NCBI GenBank assembly: GCA_943372605.1
Contig: CALRZI010000015.1
Location: 2,432-66,431, forward strand
Length of the DNA: 64,000 bases
Reading direction: 5' to 3'
Origin: Chitinophaga pinensis
Lineage (GTDB): Bacteria; Bacteroidota; Bacteroidia; Chitinophagales; Chitinophagaceae
In this document: piece after piece, positions 58,030 through 64,000 of the stretch
Layout: the number at the start of each line of letters is the position of its first letter
Position numbering within the stretch: position 1 is the stretch's first letter
Position numbers and translations under genes: made by a program
The notes under the pieces: model-generated
Seen by the model: the letters and a program-made list of their open reading frames with translations, nothing else
Database searches by the model: none
Told to the model about the DNA's origin: nothing

Positions 58030-58575
58030 TTATTCCGAACTTATACCCATCTGTTTTTTGGTATATGGAGAAATAGGCTGTACAACTACTTTGGTCAAAC
58101 CACTTTTAACGAAATCCAGCTCTTTTGCTGCATGTTTAGTGAGGTCTACAACCCTTCCCTTTTTCTTCATTTTATTGTGCATCCGATCATTAATCAGCAC
58201 TATTACGCTTTTGTTATTTCTCAGGTTAGTTACCCGTACCAGCGTATTTAATTTAAAATGATTACTTGCTGCAGTGAACTTGGCGTGTCTGAAGATATCG
58301 CCCGTTGCCGTTTTGCGGCCTTCAAATTTTTTACTGTAATAACTGGCTGTTCCCTTAATGGCTTTACCGGCAATGGTAAATGAATCGAGTGAACTAAGTG
58401 TATCGCCAACTATAATGATACTATCCTGAATAAAACGACTGCTATCTGTTCGTAATATTGGAATCGTATCGGCCGGTATGGTATCCCTCTTAGAAGGCAT
58501 ACCCATAGGTTCCAGTCTCGCCCCGGAGGGGAGCAGGAAAATAAGTACGACGATCAGATACACAATTGTTTTCAT
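58030..58575 (-). CDS. rlpA: RlpA-like double-psi beta-barrel lytic transglycosylase
   Basis: GTASYY, GRKTATG, TAAS, VRVTNL, INDR, VVDLT motifs. Confidence 0.85.
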   Translation of the reverse strand: MKTIVYLIVVLIFLLPSGARLEPMGMPSKRDTIPADTIPILRTDSSRFIQDSIIIVGDTLSSLDSFTIAGKAIKGTASYYSKKFEGRKTATGDIFRHAKFTAASNHFKLNTLVRVTNLRNNKSVIVLINDRMHNKMKKKGRVVDLTKHAAKELDFVKSGLTKVVVQPISPYTKKQMGISSE

Positions 58576-58821
58576 GTTGTTCCTTTAGCACTGGCCCTAA
58601 ACAAGGGTAAAATAACTCACTGCTATGGGTAAATGCAAATGAGAATATACACAGCGTTGACATGCGCCATTAACCAAACACCATGCCAAAAAAGGAATAG
58701 AATATTAATTTAAAGATCAGTTATCACTTATAATTAATTGATATTAAACAATATAAGACTAATAACTTAAAATGCCATTAATTCAAATGATATAGAAAGA
58801 GGCTGTGAGGAAAACTGACAA

Positions 58822-59127
58822 TCAGGGACGGAATTTGGCTACTTTCTCTTCCGAATGGATAGCAGAACCAGACCTAACCTGCAACTGTACATTGAGCAGC
58901 CATTCCGGACAAGAACGGGCTAGCAGGTATTGATTTATTTTATCGATAAGATCCATAACTGATTTATAATCAGCATCTATACTGGTTGAAAAAGGGCCTA
59001 CTTCGTATGATAGTCCCGATGCTTTAATCAGATCGATTACTTCATCAATCCATTGGTAAGGGCGGATATTTCCCGATTCAACCGGCACCAATTGAATGGC
59101 AGCATTTATGGTATGGAGATGATTCAT
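58822..59127 (-). CDS. Thiamine-binding protein family (YkoF/MTH1187-like)
   Basis: AAIQLVP, SGLSYEVGPFSTSI ferredoxin-like pattern. Confidence 0.75.
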   Translation of the reverse strand: MNHLHTINAAIQLVPVESGNIRPYQWIDEVIDLIKASGLSYEVGPFSTSIDADYKSVMDLIDKINQYLLARSCPEWLLNVQLQVRSGSAIHSEEKVAKFRP

Positions 59128-59441
59128 GACAAAACAGGGGTTACAGATACCACTGCATCTAGGTTGAGTGGACCATGAATATGAGGAAATACTTCATTAA
59201 TGGAACCCGCCAGTTCAAAAATCAAGGGGCGGTCCACTTTACTTCTTTCTATAGTCAGTTTAACCAGACCGGTCCGTCCCTTATAATAACGATCCAACAC
59301 TCCAGCCACCTGGTCCTCTGTACTACAATGTATAAAACCCTCTGTTGCCAGACTGTCTGCTTCATAAGCCCCGGTTTCCTGAGCCTTCCCCCACTGATCA
59401 AGCGTGGTAATATGATATATAAACTCTGATTGATTAGGCAT
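59124..59441 (-). CDS. DUF952 family protein
   Basis: IYHIT, SLATEGFIHCST, FPHIHGPLNLDAV motifs. Confidence 0.88.
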   Translation of the reverse strand: MPNQSEFIYHITTLDQWGKAQETGAYEADSLATEGFIHCSTEDQVAGVLDRYYKGRTGLVKLTIERSKVDRPLIFELAGSINEVFPHIHGPLNLDAVVSVTPVLS

Positions 59442-59466
59442 TTCTATCTATTTGAAAATTAATTAA

Positions 59467-60459
59467 TTACAGAACTTTATTAATCTTTTGTTCAAGCATC
59501 ATAAAGTCTGCTAATACGATTGCCGTAACGGCTTCGAGCACTACGGGAACACGGAGTGCAATACAAAGATCGTGTCTCCCTTTAACAGAGAACGATTCTA
59601 CCTGCTGGGTTTCCCAATTCCAGGTTTGCTGTTCCTTGGGTGTGGATGAGGTTGGCTTTACTACCACCCTGAATACCAGTTCATTTCCATTTGTAATACC
59701 CCCTACGATCCCACCTGCATGGTTGGTGGCCGTTTTACCAGCTGCATCTACTATTGAATCGTTATGCTCCGTACCAAACATTCTTGCACCTGCAAATCCT
59801 GTCCCAAATTCTACGCCCTTAATGGCAGGAATAGAAAAGACAGCGTGCGAAAGCACCGATTCTACAGAGTCAAAGAAATGCTCTCCCAGTCCCACGGGTA
59901 ACCCATTGGCCTTGCATTCTACAATTCCACCAATACTGTCTTTCTGGTCAATGGCTTTTTGTAAACCGGCATCAAGGTCCTTCTCTCCTCCTATTTCCAA
60001 TATATTCGACTGAATATGAACTCCTTGCAAGATTTTCTTGGCAATTACACCCGCCGCTACAAGACAAACAGTAAGTCGTCCGCTAAAATGTCCGCCACCC
60101 CTGAAATCTTCAAAACCACCATATTTGGCATGTGCGGTAAAATCGGCATGTCCAGGACGGGGCACTTCCCTTTGCTTTTCATAATCACCGCTTCGGGTAT
60201 TCTTATTCTCGAAAAGAATGGTCAATGGCGCACCTGTTGTTTTTCCATTAAACAAACCGGTTTTAAAGATGGGAATATCGTCTTCCTTACGTGGAGTAGT
60301 ACCTTTCTGCACACCTCCTTTACGTCTTTCCAGATCAGGCAGAAAATCTTCTACAGTGAGTGCCAGACCAGCCGGGCATCCATCAATCACCAAGCCAACA
60401 CATTCGCCGTGCGATTCGCCGAAAATATGTATCCTGAATATGCGTCCGAATGAATTCAC
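59467..60459 (-). CDS. aroC: Chorismate synthase
   Basis: FGESHG, RPGHAD, RGGG..SGR, KPTSS, GRHDLC motifs. Confidence 0.96.
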   Translation of the reverse strand: MNSFGRIFRIHIFGESHGECVGLVIDGCPAGLALTVEDFLPDLERRKGGVQKGTTPRKEDDIPIFKTGLFNGKTTGAPLTILFENKNTRSGDYEKQREVPRPGHADFTAHAKYGGFEDFRGGGHFSGRLTVCLVAAGVIAKKILQGVHIQSNILEIGGEKDLDAGLQKAIDQKDSIGGIVECKANGLPVGLGEHFFDSVESVLSHAVFSIPAIKGVEFGTGFAGARMFGTEHNDSIVDAAGKTATNHAGGIVGGITNGNELVFRVVVKPTSSTPKEQQTWNWETQQVESFSVKGRHDLCIALRVPVVLEAVTAIVLADFMMLEQKINKVL

Positions 60460-60463
60460 AATA

Positions 60464-60505
60464 TTGGTTTTTGGAGTTAGGGGTTAGCTTTTAGGGGGTT
60501 GGGGT
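60464..60505 (-). repeat. Degenerate ACCCC(T/A)A heptamer array overlapping the aroA 3' end
   Basis: Minus strand ACCCCAA CCCCCTA AAAGCTA ACCCCTA ACTCCAA AAACCAA. Confidence 0.55.
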
Positions 60506-61774
60506 TATTGAGAGGTTGGCTCCTAGCTGTTTCAGGTGACCATAAAAATCGGGGTATGATTTGTTGATGGCTTCTGCTTCTTCTATCGTTACTGATCCAT
60601 TGGCTTTTAATGCAGCTACGGCACAAGCCATGGCTATCCGGTGATCGTGTCGGGAATGTACGGTTGCTCCCTGCACACCTGTTCCTCCTTTTACCAGCAT
60701 CAGATCGTCCTGCAACACAATTTCAATACCCAATTTAGCAAACTCCTCTTGTAAAGTAAGTCCCCTGTCACTTTCTTTATGCGATAACCGGCTAACGCCT
60801 TCTATAACGGTTGTTCCTTCACAATAAGCAGCCAATGCCACCAATGGAGGAAAAAGATCCGGGCAATCGGTCGCATTAAAATGAAATGCCTTTAAGGGCA
60901 ATGGCGATACTTCTATCTGTTTTTCCTGTACCGATAAACTGCATCCACAGTCTATCAGTGCCTGAAGAATGGCTTTATCGGCCTGGGTAGAGAATACATC
61001 CAGTCCGGTTACCGTTATTCCTCCAGCAATGGCACCTGCCACCAACAGGAATGCAGCCCCGCTCCAGTCTCCTTCTACCTGGTAGGTTAAACCACCCGGC
61101 GTTGTACGGCCAACACTACCATGAAAACTAAATTGCTCATAATTGGTATGCGATACTTTCCAGCCAAAGTCTTCCAGCACTTTTAACGTGAGGTCGATAT
61201 AGGGTTTGCTTTTGAGGTCCTTCACCGTAATGGTAACACCATTTGCATCAGAAGCGGCAAATGCCATCAGTAGACCGGTTAAAAACTGTGAGCTCAATGA
61301 CCCATCTACTTCTATGGGAGAAGGTTTTAATGGACCCTGTATCTGCAAAGGCAGTTTTCCTTCGTTTGATTGAATGGATACACCTAATTGCGGCAGTATC
61401 TCATCAAAAAAATGCATGGGTCTTGTTACGAGGCTTCCTGTTCCGTTAATAGTTAACTGCTCTGCACTCAGCGCAACAATGGGTGTAAACATACGGATAC
61501 CAAGACCGCTTTCTCCACAATTGATTTCTTTATTTACAGGCTTTACACCATTGGAACTAATCACCAGATCGCCGTTCTCCTCAAATCGTATAACTGCTCC
61601 GAGTTTTTGAATAACATCTAATGCAGCCCTGTCATCATTGCTGTTTCCCGGGTTTACAATCAAGGTTTCTCCCCCACGCAATAATGCTGCAGCACAGGCT
61701 CTTTGCATACTGCTTTTACCTGCCGCTGCCCTGATGGTTCCTTGTATGGTTGATGGCTGTATCCTTACCTGCAT
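60491..61774 (-). CDS. aroA: 3-phosphoshikimate 1-carboxyvinyltransferase
   Basis: GKSS..RA, CGESG...R, SSQFLTGLL, DCPDL, KESDR, DHRIAM, KSYP motifs; ATG 61774 preferred. Confidence 0.95.
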   Translation of the reverse strand: MQVRIQPSTIQGTIRAAAGKSSMQRACAAALLRGGETLIVNPGNSNDDRAALDVIQKLGAVIRFEENGDLVISSNGVKPVNKEINCGESGLGIRMFTPIVALSAEQLTINGTGSLVTRPMHFFDEILPQLGVSIQSNEGKLPLQIQGPLKPSPIEVDGSLSSQFLTGLLMAFAASDANGVTITVKDLKSKPYIDLTLKVLEDFGWKVSHTNYEQFSFHGSVGRTTPGGLTYQVEGDWSGAAFLLVAGAIAGGITVTGLDVFSTQADKAILQALIDCGCSLSVQEKQIEVSPLPLKAFHFNATDCPDLFPPLVALAAYCEGTTVIEGVSRLSHKESDRGLTLQEEFAKLGIEIVLQDDLMLVKGGTGVQGATVHSRHDHRIAMACAVAALKANGSVTIEEAEAINKSYPDFYGHLKQLGANLSITPTP

Positions 61775-61817
61775 AACAAACGATCTATGGCTGCTCATTT
61801 ATGGCAGCAACAATTCA

Positions 61818-62837
61818 TTAAAACTGTTTAAAAATTTCTTCAAGCTGTACAAATAATAAAGGCTGTACAACTCCCTTACCGGTTTTCTCCAGCAGTATAT
61901 AGTGAATACTTACACTGTCTTTCTTCTTATCCTTCTGTAATACTTTGAACGCTTTCTTTTTATCGAACTCAGCAAGCGTAGGTAATCCGTAACGTGCTAA
62001 CAAATTAATTACTGCATCTGTATCTTTAAATCCTTTCAGTTGTTGTGATATGATGGCCGCATAAGTCATTCCAATACTAATGGCCTGACCATGACTTAAC
62101 TCATACATGTTTTCAATGGCATGTCCGAGTGTATGTCCAAAGTTGAGCAGTTTACGTTCACCCTGTTCAAACTCATCATTCAACACTACTTTGGTTTTAA
62201 TCAACACATTTCTTTCTACCAGTTGGGCCAGCAGTTTTTTATCTTTCTGGTATTGTTTGATAGTATGCTGCTTCAATGAGGCAAACATTACCGCATCTTT
62301 AATACAGGCATGTTTAATGATCTCTGCAAAACCGTTCTGCCATTCAGCAAGCGGAAGCGATGAGAGCAGGCTATAATCATACAAAAGGAATGATGGCTGA
62401 CGAATCAATCCTACCATATTCTTATACACGCCTACATCAATACCATTTTTCCCTCCGATAGATGCGTCTACCATGGCGAGTAAACTGGTGGGTACAAAAC
62501 CAAAATCAATACCCCGCATAAAAATGCCCGCCACATAACCCGTAATATCTGTAATCACTCCCCCGCCTACACCAATCAATACTGTTTTCCGGTCAGCCCC
62601 CATTTCTATCAACTGGTCAATCAGTACCTCCACCGTTTGCTGCACTTTATAGGCTTCACCAGGTTTTAGTACAATTGTATTCCAGCCTTTGAATTTCTTT
62701 TTATGGGCCGCTAAAACATGTTCATCTGTTACCAGCACTGCTTTTTCTTTGTCCACTATTTTCTCCAGGTGATCAAAAGTGGCATCAAAAAAATAAGTTA
62801 CCGTTTTAGCGGAGAACTGAAAGTTTCTTTTTTTCAT
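61818..62837 (-). CDS. aroB: 3-dehydroquinate synthase
   Basis: GGGVITD, PTSLLAMVDASIGGKNG, EIIKH, LNFGHTLGHAIE, HGQA motifs. Confidence 0.95.
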   Translation of the reverse strand: MKKRNFQFSAKTVTYFFDATFDHLEKIVDKEKAVLVTDEHVLAAHKKKFKGWNTIVLKPGEAYKVQQTVEVLIDQLIEMGADRKTVLIGVGGGVITDITGYVAGIFMRGIDFGFVPTSLLAMVDASIGGKNGIDVGVYKNMVGLIRQPSFLLYDYSLLSSLPLAEWQNGFAEIIKHACIKDAVMFASLKQHTIKQYQKDKKLLAQLVERNVLIKTKVVLNDEFEQGERKLLNFGHTLGHAIENMYELSHGQAISIGMTYAAIISQQLKGFKDTDAVINLLARYGLPTLAEFDKKKAFKVLQKDKKKDSVSIHYILLEKTGKGVVQPLLFVQLEEIFKQF

Positions 62838-62862
62838 ACGCTATTGCATCAATCGCGACAGG

Positions 62863-63948
62863 TTAGGAATTCATGATCTTATTCTGGTGATTGATACTTT
62901 CCATATGCACTGCATCAAAATATTTGGTGATGAACTCCTTGCTCAATCCCATTTTATCTCCTTTTGCAAAAGCTCTGTCGAGAATAGCATTCCAGCGATT
63001 GGTTTGCAGGATGGTGATATTATTGTCTTTTTTGTACTGCCCAATTTTATCGGCCACTTTCATTCTTTGTCCAAGCAGTTGCAACAGTTCATCATCGAGC
63101 TGGTTAATCTGCTGACGCATTTTTTCCATAGCTGCATGCAGTTCTTCTGAACTGATGTCTTCTTTACGCCAGATGATGGAACCAATCATTTCACCCAAAC
63201 GTTCAGGTGTTACCTGCTGTTTAGCATCGCTCCAGGCATTATCCGGATCAATATGACTTTCAATGATTAAACCATCAAAGTCGAGGTCAATGGCTTTTTG
63301 TGCAACGTCCAACAGAATATCTCTTCTTCCACAGATATGCGACGGATCATTGATCAATAACATTCCGGGATTGCGTCTTTTCATTTCAATCGCCAGGTGC
63401 CACATTGGTGCATTACGGTATTCTGTATTACCATAAGAACTGAAACCACGATGTATTAACCCGATATCTTCAATACCAGATTTTGCCACACGCTCTACTG
63501 CACCAATCCATAATTCCAGATCTGGATTAATAGGATTCTTGATTAATACAGGAACTTTCACACCTTTCAATGCATCGGCTACTTCCTGCACGCTAAAGGG
63601 GTTAACCGTAGTACGCGCACCGATCCATAAAACATCCACATCAAAATGCAGTGCATCTTCTACCTGCTTTCCGGTGGCTACTTCTACGGCTACTGGTAAT
63701 CCTGATGCTTTGCGGGCCTGTTGTAACCAGGGTAAACCTTTGGTTCCAATGCCTTCAAAACTACCTGGCCTTGTACGTGGTTTCCAGATACCGGCACGCA
63801 GCATATCTACTTTACCGGTAGCTGCCAAACGGGTAGCTGTTTCAATAACCTGTTCCTCAGTCTCTGCACTGCATGGTCCTGAGATAATGAGCGGACGCTT
63901 CTGTAACAAAGCCTCTACGCCTGTTTTCTGTTCGATTGCTTGCTCCAT
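62863..63948 (-). CDS. Bifunctional DAHP synthase / chorismate mutase (Bacteroidota type)
   Basis: ISGPCSAE, WKPRTRP.SFEG, KNPINPD, DPSHICG, C-terminal MRQQINQLD..R chorismate mutase helix. Confidence 0.92.
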   Translation of the reverse strand: MEQAIEQKTGVEALLQKRPLIISGPCSAETEEQVIETATRLAATGKVDMLRAGIWKPRTRPGSFEGIGTKGLPWLQQARKASGLPVAVEVATGKQVEDALHFDVDVLWIGARTTVNPFSVQEVADALKGVKVPVLIKNPINPDLELWIGAVERVAKSGIEDIGLIHRGFSSYGNTEYRNAPMWHLAIEMKRRNPGMLLINDPSHICGRRDILLDVAQKAIDLDFDGLIIESHIDPDNAWSDAKQQVTPERLGEMIGSIIWRKEDISSEELHAAMEKMRQQINQLDDELLQLLGQRMKVADKIGQYKKDNNITILQTNRWNAILDRAFAKGDKMGLSKEFITKYFDAVHMESINHQNKIMNS

Positions 63949-63970
63949 AAATTAAAATGTATGATTTCTA

Positions 63971-64000
63971 ATGTCTGATGTCGGATGTTAGATGTCGGAT
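63971..64000 (+). repeat. Heptamer array ATGTCTG-ATGTCGG-ATGTTAG-ATGTCGG (may continue past the window edge)
   Basis: Differs from 897-924 at 3 of 28 positions; lies upstream of the DAHP synthase start in antisense orientation. Confidence 0.85.

Noticed and set aside
103-63955. The many 60-155 aa ORFs antisense to or overlapping recognised genes (for example 103-543, 2272-2700, 49910-50377, 63539-63955)
   Set aside because: They are shadows of well-supported genes with no recognisable motifs.
897-64000. Heptamer arrays as CRISPR arrays
   Set aside because: Units are 7 nt, contiguous and without unique spacers, and no cas genes are present.
1-64000. Defence systems, prophage, transposases, frameshifted pseudogenes
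   Set aside because: No supporting ORFs or motifs were seen, and all recognised genes appear full length.

Overview
A 64-kb chromosomal segment from a Bacteroidota bacterium, probably Chitinophagaceae (inferred from gene content, TAnnTTTG promoter boxes and a T9SS cargo gene). I found no integrase, transposase, prophage or CRISPR array. Left to right it carries: (i) a 13.3-kb minus-strand molybdoenzyme cluster with two twin-arginine IorAB-type (xanthine oxidase family) enzyme pairs, a small cytochrome c, XdhC, MocA, moaA-moeA, a TauE/TSUP transporter and moaD-moeB-moaE-moaCB; (ii) lpdA, a DUF62 protein, an SDR and tRNA-Lys(TTT); (iii) a T9SS-secreted M43 metalloprotease, DUF2490, an S41 protease, a MurNAc kinase-murQ pair, hutU, a 51-aa basic ORF, a TPR protein and etfBA; (iv) an AT-richer AraC/hydrolase/outer-membrane protein trio; (v) ispE, gltBD, amt plus a porin, an acyltransferase, priA and murB; (vi) a His-less LytS-like pseudokinase, a TonB receptor with DUF4249, an AraC regulator, OmpA and rlpA; (vii) the aro operon with two uncharacterised tail genes. 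The most striking structure not explained by genes is a set of 7-nt-periodic arrays from several sequence families. They sit directly after stop codons or directly before start codons and promoter boxes, often as inverted pairs, and twice they run into coding tails. Start codons were adjusted from the ORF track where a better start was visible. All family calls come from motif recognition by eye; no database search was run.
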